Positions 7,991 to 18,331 of a stretch of DNA of 64,000 nt are shown in pieces (the stretch's first letter is position 1; the number at the start of each line of letters is the position of its first letter). The DNA is from a bacterium (GTDB taxonomy: Bacteria; Desulfobacterota; DSWW01). The position numbers and the translations under genes are program-made. The DNA lies in NCBI GenBank assembly GCA_040756235.1, contig JBFLZG010000087.1:64001-128000 (forward strand), read 5' to 3'. The notes beneath the pieces are model-generated. The model was not told the DNA's origin. It was given only the letters and a program-made list of their open reading frames with translations, and made no database searches.

Positions 7991-10342
7991 ATGCCTTTCT
8001 GGCATAGCCTTCATGTAGTGGAAGGAGAGAGGTTGGCTCGTACTCTTTTCACGCGCGATGAGTCAGGACCGCCAGGGCTCTCTGAAAATGCTCTCCGGGT
8101 GCTAGAGAAGCGCTATCTGCAGAAAGATGCGAATGGTCTGCTGATCGAGACCCCTGAACAGATGTTCCGGCGTGTGGCCCGGGCAGTCGCTCAGGCGGAC
8201 GACCTCTACCCGAATGGCGACCCCATGGAGGAAACGGAAGAGAAGTTCTTCCGCCTCCTCTCGAACCTGGAGATGCTGCCGAATTCTCCCACCCTCATGA
8301 ACGCCGGGAGGGAGCTGGGACAGCTCTCCGCGTGTTTCGTGCTGCCCGTGGAAGATTCGCTGGAGAGCATCTTCGAGGCCATCAAGAGCACGGCGCTGAT
8401 CCACAAGAGCGGCGGCGGCACCGGCTTCTCTTTTTCGCGCCTGCGGCCCAGGGACGACCAGGTGCGCTCCACCCACGGAATCTCCAGCGGTCCCGTGTCG
8501 TTCATGACGGTCTTCGATGCTGCCACCGAGACGATCAAGCAGGGTGGCATGCGCCGAGGGGCGAACATGGGCGTGCTCTCCGTGAGCCATCCGGATATCG
8601 AGGAGTTCATCAGGTGCAAGCGGGATCACCGGCGCCTGAACAACTTCAACATCTCGGTGGCGGTGACGGAATCTTTCATGGAGGCGGCACGGAAGTGCGA
8701 GCTCTGGCCGCTCGTCAACCCGAGAACGGGCGAGACGGTGCGGTGGATCCGTGCGAATCAGGTTTTCGATTCGATCGTGAGCTCCGCATGGAACAACGGG
8801 GAGCCCGGGATTCTGCTCATGGACCGGATCAACCGGGACAATCCGACTCCACACCTGGGCGCGATCGAGAGCACGAATCCGTGCGGCGAGCAGCCCCTGC
8901 TGCCGTTCGAGTCCTGCAACCTCGCTTCGTTGAATCTGGCCCGGGCGGTCCGGGACGGGGTCGTCGACTGGGACGGCCTGGCCGAGAAGGTGCGCGCGAG
9001 CGTGCATTTCCTCGACAACGTCGTGGACGTCAACCGGTACCCTCTGCCCGAGATCGAGGCGATCACTCGTCTCAACCGCAAGATCGGCCTGGGCGTCATG
9101 GGATTCGCCGATCTACTGATCCGGCTGGGGATCCCTTATGATTCCGAGGATGCCATCGAGCTGGCGGAGAGGCTCATGCGGTTCATCTCGCACGAGGCAG
9201 TGCTCGCATCCCAGAAGCTGGCCGCCGAGCGAGGGCCCTTTCCGAAGTTCGCGAGGAGCCTTTACGCGGATACGGGGGAGCCTCCCAGGCGGAACGCGAC
9301 GCTCACCACGATCGCTCCCACCGGGACCATCAGCATGATCGCTGGCTGCTCCAGCGGCATCGAGCCTCTCTTCGCCGTCGCGTTCGTGCGCAACGTCCTG
9401 GAGAACGAAAGACTGATCGAGATCCATCCGCTGTTCGATGAAATCGCGCACAGGGAAGGGTTCTATTCCGAGGCCCTCCTGGACAGGATCCTGGAGACCG
9501 GAAGCGTTCAGACCCTCGACGAAGTGCCGGACCCATGGAAGCGGGTCTTTGTGATCTCTCACGACGTGGCTCCGGAGTGGCACATTCGCATGCAGGCCGC
9601 CTTTCAGAAATATACGGACAACTCCGTGTCCAAGACGGTGAATTTGCCGAGCGACGCCACGGAAGAAGGCGTGCGCAAGGCCTTCTGGCTGGCGTATGAG
9701 CAGGGGTGCAAAGGGCTGACCGTTTACCGCGACGGAAGCCGGGACAAACAGGTCCTGCAAAAGGGGGCGGCCTGCCGGAACGGCTCGGCGGAGAGGCCGG
9801 AAGCGGCGGACGCCGGGCTCGTGGTGCCCAGACCCAGACCCGACGTCATGCGGGGCACGACGCGCCGGGTTGAAACCAGTTGCGGTTCCCTTTACGTGAC
9901 CGTGAATTGCGATGAAGGGGGCAGCCCCTTCGAGGTCTTCACCTCCATGGGCAAGGCGGGCGGGTGTGCCTCGAGTCAATCCGAGGCAATCGGGCGGCTG
10001 GTCTCGCTTGCCCTTCGCTCCGGCGTCGATCCGCAGCAAATCGTTCGGCAGCTTCGGGGGATCAGCTGTCATCTTCCCCGCGGGTTGGGCAAGAACAAGA
10101 TTTCCTCCTGCGCGGATGCGGTTGCTCAGGCTCTGCAGCGCTTTGCGGGTGGCGCAGAGAGCGCCGGGAAAGACCTGCCCGGGGGGTTGCCCGGGGGCAC
10201 GGCGGATTCGAAGGAGGATTGCCCCGGCCAAGATCTGGGAAGCCTTTTCTTGAGAGGCGCCTGCCCGGAATGCCAGGGACCCCTCGAGCTTGCGGGCGGG
10301 TGTGCGGTGTGCCGTAATTGCGGCTATTCGGATTGCTCCTGA
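7991..10342 (+). CDS. nrdJ: class II (B12-dependent) ribonucleotide reductase with C-terminal TSCPD/Zn-ribbon region
   Basis: PNSPTLMNAG, SACF, TNPCGEQ, TIAPTGT, SKTVN, YRDGSR, C-terminal CxxC pairs; true start may be TTG 8033. Confidence 0.93.
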   Translation: MPFWHSLHVVEGERLARTLFTRDESGPPGLSENALRVLEKRYLQKDANGLLIETPEQMFRRVARAVAQADDLYPNGDPMEETEEKFFRLLSNLEMLPNSPTLMNAGRELGQLSACFVLPVEDSLESIFEAIKSTALIHKSGGGTGFSFSRLRPRDDQVRSTHGISSGPVSFMTVFDAATETIKQGGMRRGANMGVLSVSHPDIEEFIRCKRDHRRLNNFNISVAVTESFMEAARKCELWPLVNPRTGETVRWIRANQVFDSIVSSAWNNGEPGILLMDRINRDNPTPHLGAIESTNPCGEQPLLPFESCNLASLNLARAVRDGVVDWDGLAEKVRASVHFLDNVVDVNRYPLPEIEAITRLNRKIGLGVMGFADLLIRLGIPYDSEDAIELAERLMRFISHEAVLASQKLAAERGPFPKFARSLYADTGEPPRRNATLTTIAPTGTISMIAGCSSGIEPLFAVAFVRNVLENERLIEIHPLFDEIAHREGFYSEALLDRILETGSVQTLDEVPDPWKRVFVISHDVAPEWHIRMQAAFQKYTDNSVSKTVNLPSDATEEGVRKAFWLAYEQGCKGLTVYRDGSRDKQVLQKGAACRNGSAERPEAADAGLVVPRPRPDVMRGTTRRVETSCGSLYVTVNCDEGGSPFEVFTSMGKAGGCASSQSEAIGRLVSLALRSGVDPQQIVRQLRGISCHLPRGLGKNKISSCADAVAQALQRFAGGAESAGKDLPGGLPGGTADSKEDCPGQDLGSLFLRGACPECQGPLELAGGCAVCRNCGYSDCS

Positions 10343-10513
10343 CACAGGCTGGTCAAAAACGCCCATCTGGCAGGGGCGCAAGATTTTTCGCTCCTGCATC
10401 TCTCAAGAGACCGGAAGGTCAACCTCTTTTGAACCCTTCCCGAGTTCGTATATAATCTGTCCCGCCTTGCCGATTCGGCGAATCTGCGCACATACATTCA
10501 GGTCTTGGCTGTC

Positions 10514-11167
10514 ATGGGTCTGTTCGTGACGTTCGAAGGCATAGAAGGGGCGGGCAAGACGACCCAGTTGGACCGGGTCGAAGCCTTCCTGAAGGAGATG
10601 CGCCTCGAGGTCTTTCGCACGCGCGAACCGGGGGGCACCTCGGTGGGCGAGAGCGTTCGCTCCATTCTGCTCTCGGTGGAAAGCGGCTGTATGGATCCCA
10701 TGACCGAGCTGCTCCTCATTCAAGCCTGCCGGGCGGAGCTGATTCGACGGCACCTGCGGCCTCGGCTCGAGGCCGGGGTCGTCGTTCTCTGCGACCGGTT
10801 CACGGACGCCACCCTCGCCTACCAGGGGTATGGAAGGGGCATCGATCTCGGGCTCATCGACCAGCTCAATGAAATCGCGACGGGCGGCATCCGGCCCGAC
10901 CTCACCATTCTGCTGGATTGCCCTGTGGAGGTCGGATTCGAGAGGATCCGCAACCGCCGGCCGCTGCGCGGGCCGGACCGGCTGGAGGCGGAGGGCAAGG
11001 CTTTCCATGAGAGAGTCCGAGAGGGGTATCTGGAGCTGACGCGCCGCAGCCGCGGCCGGATCCGGGTGGTCGATTCGACCGAAGACGCGGAGAAGGTGGG
11101 TGCGAAAATCATCGCGTACCTGCGCGACGCCCTGGGAACATCGGCCCCAACGGAGGATTCCAGATAG
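10514..11167 (+). CDS. tmk: thymidylate kinase
   Basis: FEGIEGAGKTT, REPGGT, CDRF, AYQGYGRG. Confidence 0.95.
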   Translation: MGLFVTFEGIEGAGKTTQLDRVEAFLKEMRLEVFRTREPGGTSVGESVRSILLSVESGCMDPMTELLLIQACRAELIRRHLRPRLEAGVVVLCDRFTDATLAYQGYGRGIDLGLIDQLNEIATGGIRPDLTILLDCPVEVGFERIRNRRPLRGPDRLEAEGKAFHERVREGYLELTRRSRGRIRVVDSTEDAEKVGAKIIAYLRDALGTSAPTEDSR

Positions 11168-11170
11168 CGA

Positions 11171-12241
11171 GTGAGCTCTCAAATCCCCCCGGGGGAACAG
11201 AGGAATCGGCGTTTGCCTTTCCAAGAGGTTTTCGGTCAGGACCGGGTGCTCCGGATTCTCCGGAAGGCGCTGGAAAAAGACAGCCTGCCGCATGCCTATC
11301 TCTTCTATGGGCCGGATGGCGTGGGCAGGTTCAAAGTCGCCCTCTCTCTGGCCAAGGCCCTCCTGTGCGGGAACCTCGCCCGGGACTTCTGCGGCACATG
11401 CCCGAGCTGCAGGCGTGTGCAGAGCGAGGAGCATCCGGATGTGCTCATCCTCCGGCCCCAGTCGCGCAAAGGGGAGAAAGACTGGGTCGTGGACCCGGAA
11501 ATGGGCGAGATCCGCATCGATCAAGTCCGTGAGCTGCGACACTGGACATCCGTAGGCAGCTTTCAGGGAGCCTGGCGCGTTGCCATTCTCGAGGGTGCGG
11601 ACAAGATGAACGCCGCGGCTGCCAATGCACTTCTCAAGACCCTCGAGGAACCTCCCCCGAAGGCCCTGCTCATCCTGGTAAGCCCCACCAGGACGCAGTT
11701 GCTGCCCACGATCGTGTCCCGCTGCCAGGCCGTCCATTTTCCACCCATCACCAGGAAGGAGCTGGAGGCTGCCCTCGCCGACCGGCTGAAGGGACCGCCC
11801 GGTGACGTGACCGTGCTGGCCGGTTTGGCGGACGGGAGCATCGGCAGGGCCCTGGCGCTCGACAGGGAGTGGGTCTTCGAGGGCAGGAGACATTGGATCG
11901 AGCGGCTTTGCAGATTGTTGCAGCCAGGCTCCGGCGCCTCCTTCCGGGACCTGGCGGAGGACCTGGCCGGATTTCCCCGGCTGCTGGGCGTGCTGGAATT
12001 ATATCAGACCTGGTTCCGGGATCTGCTGGTCCTGGGGGCAACAGGCGAAGCGGACCGGCTTCTCAACAGGGACCTGCTGTCGATGATGGAGCAGGCTTCC
12101 GCGGCGGGGGACCCTTCGGCGTGGGCCCGTGATTTCTTTGCGCTCCAGAGGGCCAAGGATGCCCTTCAGAATCGATCGAACACCCAACTGGTGGCTGAGG
12201 GGCTGTTGCTGGAGCTTCTGGACCACCGCAGCGGGCGATAG
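11171..12241 (+). CDS. holB: DNA polymerase III delta-prime subunit
   Basis: HAYLFYGPDG, Zn cysteines, HPD, NALLKTLEEPP, TIVSRC; follows tmk. Confidence 0.92.
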   Translation: MSSQIPPGEQRNRRLPFQEVFGQDRVLRILRKALEKDSLPHAYLFYGPDGVGRFKVALSLAKALLCGNLARDFCGTCPSCRRVQSEEHPDVLILRPQSRKGEKDWVVDPEMGEIRIDQVRELRHWTSVGSFQGAWRVAILEGADKMNAAAANALLKTLEEPPPKALLILVSPTRTQLLPTIVSRCQAVHFPPITRKELEAALADRLKGPPGDVTVLAGLADGSIGRALALDREWVFEGRRHWIERLCRLLQPGSGASFRDLAEDLAGFPRLLGVLELYQTWFRDLLVLGATGEADRLLNRDLLSMMEQASAAGDPSAWARDFFALQRAKDALQNRSNTQLVAEGLLLELLDHRSGR

Positions 12242-12290
12242 CGCGAGCCGACAGGGTGCGTGAGGCGGCTTGAAAGAGAGACTGGAGACC

Positions 12291-13109
12291 ATGGAAGAAG
12301 ACAAATCATATGAAATCATCGGCGTGCGCTTTGGGGGGATGCCCAACACCTACTTCTTTCAACGGAACCAGGTGAACGTCAAGGTGGGGGACCTGGTCAT
12401 CGCTGAAACGGAGCGAGGGCCGGGGATCGGCATCGTGGTGAGCGACCACATGGACCCGAAGTGGCTGGACTCCCTGGGCGCTCCTTTGCGGAAGACCCTG
12501 CGGAAGGCCACCGAGAGGGACCTCCAGGCGGACCGAGAGCTTCGGATCTTGGAGAAGAAGGCCTTCGAACTCTGCTCCCAGAAGGAAAAGCAGTTTCGGC
12601 TGGACATGAATCTGGTGGCCGTCCAGTACTACTTTGACCGAAGCAAGGCCGTGTTCTATTTCACGGCGGAGGGCCGTGTCGACTTCCGGGAGCTGGTGAA
12701 GGACCTCGCGCGCACCCTGAACACCCGCATCGAAATGAGGCAGATCGGGGTTCGGGACAAGGCGAAGCTGGTCGGGGGGATCGGCAGTTGCGGCCGCGAG
12801 CTGTGCTGCAAGAGCTTCCTCAAGGATTTCGAACCCGTGTCGGTGCGCATGGCCAAGGACCAGAACCTCACCCTCAATCCGTCCAAGATCTCGGGGGTGT
12901 GCGGTCGTTTGATGTGCTGCCTGACTTTCGAGCACGGGATCTACAAGGACCTTTGCAGGGACCTTCCCAAGTGCGGCAAAAAAGTCCAGGTCAGTGAAGG
13001 GGTCGGGAAGGTGACCCGCCAGAACCCTCTGGAGGGTACGGTGCTCATCGAGCTGGAGGACGGCCGGGAGATCGAAGTCGGCCGCGAAGCATTCAAAGAG
13101 AACCGCTAG
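12291..13109 (+). CDS. PSP1 / YaaT (RicT) family protein
   Basis: RVDFRELVKDLA, IEMRQIG, CGRELCC, SKISGVCGRLMCCL. Confidence 0.92.
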   Translation: MEEDKSYEIIGVRFGGMPNTYFFQRNQVNVKVGDLVIAETERGPGIGIVVSDHMDPKWLDSLGAPLRKTLRKATERDLQADRELRILEKKAFELCSQKEKQFRLDMNLVAVQYYFDRSKAVFYFTAEGRVDFRELVKDLARTLNTRIEMRQIGVRDKAKLVGGIGSCGRELCCKSFLKDFEPVSVRMAKDQNLTLNPSKISGVCGRLMCCLTFEHGIYKDLCRDLPKCGKKVQVSEGVGKVTRQNPLEGTVLIELEDGREIEVGREAFKENR

Positions 13110-13115
13110 ATCGGT

Positions 13116-13934
13116 ATGAATCAACCCACAGGGTTGCTCATCGATTCCCACGCCCACCTGGACTCCCGTGAGTTCGATGAAGACCGGTGCGAGGTGATCC
13201 GCAGAGCCTGGGACGCAGGGCTCAAGGCCATGATCACCATCGGAGCAGGCGGGGACCCGGCGACCGGCGAGCGAGCCGTGGAGACCGCCCAGAGACACGC
13301 CGGGATCTACGCGACGGTCGGCATCCATCCTCACGATGCGCAGATGGCCCGACCGGGGGACTTCCTGCGGCTGTGCGAGCTCGCACGGCACCCGAAAGTG
13401 GTCGCGATCGGCGAAGTCGGTCTCGATTATCACTACATGCACTCGCCCGCTCGCGCCCAACAGGAAGTGTTCCGGCAATCTCTTCTGCTGTCTGCCGAAA
13501 CGGACCTGCCCGTCGTCATCCATACCCGCAAGGCCGACTCCGATACGCTGGACTTGCTGAGGGAAGCGCAAAGGGAGAGAGAGCTGAAGGGGGTCGTCCA
13601 CTGCTTTTCAGGGGATTACGCTTTTGCGCGGAGCCTGCTGGACCTGGGGATGCACCTGTCCTTTACGGGTCTCATCACCTTTCCCAAGGCGGAGCCGGTG
13701 TGCGACGCCCTGCGGCGCGTCCCTCTCGACCGAGTGCTCCTCGAGACGGACAGCCCCTATCTGGCGCCGGTACCCTATCGGGGACACAGAAACGAGCCGG
13801 CCTACGTCGCAAGAATCTGCGAAAAGACGGCGGAGATCCTGGGGAGGCCCTTCGATGAGATTGCCTGGGTTACAGGCAGAAACGTGATCCGGCTGTTCGG
13901 GCTGACGGGCCTCAGGGAGGCCGCGGACCCGTAG
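13116..13934 (+). CDS. tatD: TatD family hydrolase
   Basis: DSHAH, GIHPH, GEVGLDY, HCFSG, ETDSPYL. Confidence 0.93.
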   Translation: MNQPTGLLIDSHAHLDSREFDEDRCEVIRRAWDAGLKAMITIGAGGDPATGERAVETAQRHAGIYATVGIHPHDAQMARPGDFLRLCELARHPKVVAIGEVGLDYHYMHSPARAQQEVFRQSLLLSAETDLPVVIHTRKADSDTLDLLREAQRERELKGVVHCFSGDYAFARSLLDLGMHLSFTGLITFPKAEPVCDALRRVPLDRVLLETDSPYLAPVPYRGHRNEPAYVARICEKTAEILGRPFDEIAWVTGRNVIRLFGLTGLREAADP

Positions 13935-13993
13935 GGGGCGGAAAATCTTTCTCCCCTTCCGGCGAGAAACGGCCGTCTGCCGAGGGCCCAAAA

Positions 13994-14030
13994 TGAAAGC
14001 GGGAAGGGCATCTGCCTTCCCGCTTTCGCA
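13994..14030. terminator. hairpin between convergent tatD and SDR genes
   Basis: GAAAGCGGGAAGG...CCTTCCCGCTTTC. Confidence 0.6.
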
Positions 14031-14078
14031 TTCCAGTCCGGTCCCCGAGCGGGTTGCCCCGGGAACCTGTTCACTCGC

Positions 14079-14981
14079 TCAGCTATAGAACTTCATGATC
14101 TCCAGCGACTGCGACATGACGTTGTCGAGCTCCCGCAGGTTCTTCTGCTCCAGGATAGCCCCCCACTTCTCCTTGACCGCCTCGGGGGTCGACGGCTCCT
14201 TGCCGAGGAAGGCGCCGTCATTAACCATGATGGTCGCCCGCTGGACGAACCCCGCGCCGGTGCAGACGATCTTGCCGCTGTCCTGGCATGCCTCGGAGCA
14301 GAGGAAGAGGACCACCGGGGTGACATATTCCGGATTGAGCTTCTTGAAGACCTCCGGCGGCATGATGTCCTCGGTCAGCCGCGTCGCCGCCACGGGCGCG
14401 AGGGTGTTCACCTTGACGTTGTACTTGGCGCCTTCGATCCGGAGGGAGTTCATGAACCCGACCAGCCCCAGCTTGGCTGCCCCGTAGTTGGTCTGCCCGA
14501 AGTTGCCGAAGAGCCCGGTTCCGGAGGCCGTCATCACGATCCGGCCGTACCCGTTGTCGCGCATGTTGAGGAAGGCCGGCTTGGTGACGTTGTAGGCGCC
14601 CTTGAGGTGCACGTTCAGGACGGGGTCCCAGAGGTCCTCTTCCATCTTGGTGAAGCTCTTGTCGCGCAGGATGCCCGCGTTGTTGATGAGGATGTCCACC
14701 TTGCCGAAGGCCTCGATCGCCTGGCGCACGATGTTGGCACCGCCTTCGTGGGTGTGCACGCCGTCATAGTTGGCGACGGCCATGCCCCCCTTCGACTTGA
14801 TCTCCGCGACGACTGCATCGGCCATGTTGGTCCCGCCGCCTGTTCCGTCCCGGGATCCGCCGAAGTCGTTGACGACTACCTTGGCCCCTCTCTTGGCGAG
14901 CTCCAGGGCATACGTCTTTCCCAGTCCGCCGCCGGCCCCCGTCACGATCGCCACCCTTCCCTTAAAATCGATCTTCTCCAT
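14079..14981 (-). CDS. SDR oxidoreductase (MFE-2-like 3-hydroxyacyl-CoA dehydrogenase type)
   Basis: TGAGGGLG, NNAGILRD, GNFGQTNYGAAK. Confidence 0.9.
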   Translation of the reverse strand: MEKIDFKGRVAIVTGAGGGLGKTYALELAKRGAKVVVNDFGGSRDGTGGGTNMADAVVAEIKSKGGMAVANYDGVHTHEGGANIVRQAIEAFGKVDILINNAGILRDKSFTKMEEDLWDPVLNVHLKGAYNVTKPAFLNMRDNGYGRIVMTASGTGLFGNFGQTNYGAAKLGLVGFMNSLRIEGAKYNVKVNTLAPVAATRLTEDIMPPEVFKKLNPEYVTPVVLFLCSEACQDSGKIVCTGAGFVQRATIMVNDGAFLGKEPSTPEAVKEKWGAILEQKNLRELDNVMSQSLEIMKFYS

Positions 14982-15157
14982 GACTTCCTCCTGTCTGCAG
15001 GCGATTCCTGGTCAGCTGCTCGCCAATGAGCTGCACTCTGGAAGTTTCTGGAAACCTTCATAGTGAGATTAACGCGAGAAGTCAAGGCTGGCCTGCTCCC
15101 GTTCTCGCTGACAAACGGCAACCCACCGGGAGGAGCACATCGCAAGCAGCCAGGCAT

Positions 15158-16177
15158 TCAGGGGCAGCCTCCCAGGCAGAGCGCTGCGGCCCCATAGATC
15201 CCGACGTCCCTGTCGAGGGCTGCCGGGACGATCGGCGTGGAGGCTGCGAAACGGTTGATGGTGCGCCTGGGCATCTCGACCCGGATGGTCTGGAACAGGG
15301 GTTCGCCGATCCGGGTGAGCCCTCCGCCGATGACGATGACATCGGGATCGAGAAGACTGACGATGCCTCCCAGCCAGATGCCTAAATAAGTGCCGGTTTG
15401 CTGGATGATCTCCTGGGAGAAAGCGTCCCCCTGCCGGGCAGCCAGGTCCAGGTGTTCCATGGTCAGATTCTCGATCTGCCCGCCCGTGGCCTCGGCGATC
15501 AGGCGTGGCATGCCGGGAAGCTTCTTGAGCCTGTCCCTGGCCCTCCGGGCCACGTGGATTCCCGAAGCATACGCCTCGATGCAGCCGATGTTCCCGCAAT
15601 TGCAGACAAAAGCCTGGTCGGAGAAATTGATGGTGACGTGGCCTCCCTCGCCGGCCACCCCGTTCTTGCCGTGAACGATCGAACGGTTCCGGATGATGGC
15701 GGTGCCGACCCCGGTGCTGACGGTTGCGTAGAAGACGTCGGCATAGCCGGCAGCCGCCCCCCAGATCGCCTCCGCGAGCCCGGCCGCATTCGCGTCATTG
15801 TCCACATGCACCGGCAGGCCGGTCATGGATTCGAGCGACTCCCGGATTCGAAAATCCTTCCATCCCAGGAGGTTGGGGGGGTTGAAGAGGATCCCTTCGG
15901 CCGGATCCAGCGGGCCGGGAGCGCAGGCGCCGATTCCCGATACGCTGCCGTCCTGCAGGAGTGGATGCGCGAGAATTGCCTCCAGAGCTTCCTTCATGCG
16001 GCTGAAAGAGTGATGAAATCCCTTCTCCTGCTCCGTTGGGACCTCCATGCGGGCTGCCAACCTGCCCCGGAGGTCGACCAGACCTGCGGCGATCTTGGTG
16101 CCGCCGATATCGAGCCCGAGAACGTACTCTTGCTTTTGCATCCTGGCCTCCCTCGTCGTTTGCGCATTTCTCTCCAT
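15158..16177 (-). CDS. ROK family sugar kinase (glucokinase-like)
   Basis: DIGGTK, DNDANAA, STGVG, GEGGH, CNCGNIGCIE; no HTH; start may be 16141. Confidence 0.9.
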   Translation of the reverse strand: MERNAQTTREARMQKQEYVLGLDIGGTKIAAGLVDLRGRLAARMEVPTEQEKGFHHSFSRMKEALEAILAHPLLQDGSVSGIGACAPGPLDPAEGILFNPPNLLGWKDFRIRESLESMTGLPVHVDNDANAAGLAEAIWGAAAGYADVFYATVSTGVGTAIIRNRSIVHGKNGVAGEGGHVTINFSDQAFVCNCGNIGCIEAYASGIHVARRARDRLKKLPGMPRLIAEATGGQIENLTMEHLDLAARQGDAFSQEIIQQTGTYLGIWLGGIVSLLDPDVIVIGGGLTRIGEPLFQTIRVEMPRRTINRFAASTPIVPAALDRDVGIYGAAALCLGGCP

Positions 16178-16413
16178 GTTATCACAGTACTCCTCTCGAG
16201 GAAGCCATCATGACGGGTGGCCGGAGGACCGGCTCGAGGCGACTCCTCCGCTGTGGTTTCGCAGACCCTGCCGAGAGCTCGTTACACCGCCTTGCCGACT
16301 CGACGGTTACAAATTGGACATTTTTTTCTTGCACAAAGGAGGCACCCTTTTGTATTGTTTCGATGAGCCAGTGTTGCTCTTCAGGACGATCGAAGAAAAA
16401 AGGGGACGGCTCG

Positions 16414-16890
16414 ATGAGCTCGGAAGAGTTGTTTTTTCGACGCGGCGAGCTGTGCAAGGTCGTCGGACTCACTCCACGACAGGTTCAATACTGGGACAAG
16501 ACCGGCCTTCTTCGCCCCTCCTACCGGAGCAAAGGGGGACACGGAAGGTTCAGTTTTCAGGATCTGATCGCCTTCAAGACGGCCAAGCGTCTCCTCGATG
16601 CCGGGGTGCCGCTTCAGCGGGTGCGCCGGAGCATCGGCTCTCTTCAGCAGATCCTGCCATCGATCAAGAGACCTCTCGTGGATCTGACCTTGGTCGCGAC
16701 AGGGGAGCTGATACTCGTCTTCCACAAGGGAACGGCCTTCGAGGCCATCTCGGGCCAGGAGTGGATCATACCCGTGGCCGAAATCGAGCGCGAGGCCCTT
16801 CGATGCAAACGTCCGGCCCGCAAGGTGCCTTCCGGGAGGCGGCTGACGCTGGTCCCCGAGTCTCGCAAAGGTTTTCTGAAGTCCATTTGA
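16414..16890 (+). CDS. MerR-family HTH protein
   Basis: LTPRQVQYWDKTGLLRPS...RFSFQDL...LLDAGVPLQRVR. Confidence 0.85.
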   Translation: MSSEELFFRRGELCKVVGLTPRQVQYWDKTGLLRPSYRSKGGHGRFSFQDLIAFKTAKRLLDAGVPLQRVRRSIGSLQQILPSIKRPLVDLTLVATGELILVFHKGTAFEAISGQEWIIPVAEIEREALRCKRPARKVPSGRRLTLVPESRKGFLKSI

Positions 16891-16985
16891 ACCGGTCGAA
16901 AGGACCGTCGTCGAGACGTTGCCCGGGTGTCGAAAACCACTGCTCATCGACAGCCGCTCGGGAGAGTGTTGAAAACATGCTCTTG

Positions 16986-17110
16986 AGAGGCTGTTGAAAA
17001 ATGGTCAGATGCAAGGCGGGAAATCCTGAGGAATGAGGCGTACACGGCAGTACGCCGCAATGACGAAGGATGAGCGCAACGCCGCAGATGGCCGTTTATC
17101 GACAGCCTCT
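16986..17110. repeat. MITE-like hairpin element, copy B
   Basis: AGAGGCTGTTGAAAAATGG ... GGCCGTTTATCGACAGCCTCT. Confidence 0.85.
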
Positions 17111-17120
17111 GGGGGGAGCC

Positions 17121-18269
17121 TTGAGGGTCATCGGTATCGTCAACCAGAAAGGGGGGTGCGGCAAGACCACCACGGCCATCAACCTCGGTGCGTGGCTGGC
17201 TCAAAAGGAGAAGAAGGTCCTGCTGATCGACATGGATCCGCAGGGCCATGCAACCGCCGGACTGAACGCACAGAGCGTGTCCGGCGAGATCGACATGCGC
17301 AGCGCGCTCCTGAACGTGTACGAAGAGCCGATCTCCCTTCCGCAGCTGGCAGGCAGCCTGGCCCCCAACCTCGACCTCGTTCCTTCGCTGATTTCCCTCG
17401 TCGCCATCGAACAGGAGCTGGCCGGGGCGGCCGACCGTGACCGAAGGCTCAGGGACCTCTTGCACAGGGGAGGCGCAGCTTACGACTACATCCTCATCGA
17501 CTCTCCACCGAACCTGGGAATGCTCACCGTCAACGTGCTCGCAGCCAGCCGAGAGATCTTGATCCCGGTGGACACAGGGGTTTTTTCGCTTCACGGGCTC
17601 CGGCGTCTGTTCCAGGTGATCGAGCTCGTCCAGGAGCGGATGGGTTTGCATCCGAGAGTCCAGATCCTGATGACCATGTACGATCAGAGAGTGTGTCTGG
17701 CGCGAACGGTCCTGGCCGAGCTGGAACAGCATTACCCCGGCAGGCTCCTCCAGACGAAGATCCGCAACAACGTCCACCTGAAAGAAGCGCCGGCCCGGGG
17801 TCTTCCCATTCTGCAGCACAAGCCCAACTGCCTGGGGAGCTGGGACTACAGAGCGCTGGCCGATGAAATTGTCGCGGCCGAGGCCGAATGGGAGTTGGAT
17901 GTGCCGCAGGAAGAGGTCGTCCCCGAGAAAGCGCCGCGTGAAGACGCTGCGGAGGGGAGCGCACAGGGCGACCTGGGCGCACGGAGCGGCTTGGGCGCGC
18001 AGAGCGACTCGAGTGAGATCCTCTTTTGCATGGCTGCACCTCAGGCGGCAAGCGTGCGTCTCGTCGGCGAGTTCAACGAATGGCAAGCGGACTCCGGCGT
18101 GCCTCTGAAGAGAGGAGAGGACGGAGTCTGGACCGGACGGATTCGACTTCCACCGGGAAACTATCAGTACAAGTACTTGGTCGATGGCCAGTGGGTGGTC
18201 GACCCCGGAAACCCTTTGCGCGTCGTGACCGACAAGGGCGCCGTGAATTCGCTGGTCAAGGTGAGATGA
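17121..18269 (+). CDS. ParA/Soj-family ATPase fused to a C-terminal CBM48/AMPK-beta-like glycogen-binding domain
   Basis: NQKGGCGKTT, DMDPQG, IDSPP; acidic linker; VGEFNEW...GVW...LPPGNYQYKYLVDGQWVVDP...NS; start TTG 17121 after GGGGAG. Confidence 0.88.
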   Translation: MRVIGIVNQKGGCGKTTTAINLGAWLAQKEKKVLLIDMDPQGHATAGLNAQSVSGEIDMRSALLNVYEEPISLPQLAGSLAPNLDLVPSLISLVAIEQELAGAADRDRRLRDLLHRGGAAYDYILIDSPPNLGMLTVNVLAASREILIPVDTGVFSLHGLRRLFQVIELVQERMGLHPRVQILMTMYDQRVCLARTVLAELEQHYPGRLLQTKIRNNVHLKEAPARGLPILQHKPNCLGSWDYRALADEIVAAEAEWELDVPQEEVVPEKAPREDAAEGSAQGDLGARSGLGAQSDSSEILFCMAAPQAASVRLVGEFNEWQADSGVPLKRGEDGVWTGRIRLPPGNYQYKYLVDGQWVVDPGNPLRVVTDKGAVNSLVKVR

Positions 18270-18331
18270 CCCCGAGCGTGGTCCGTGCGCCTTTCGCGAG
18301 AGCATGGATAGAGATCCCGGGCTGGTGAGTC

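Noticed and set aside
17070..17120. N-terminal extension MSATPQMAVYRQP on ParA, and similar extensions on Wza (5081-5344) and the Mo-enzyme (22230-22370)
   Set aside because: These starts fall inside the hairpin repeat; the recognisable domains begin at the downstream starts
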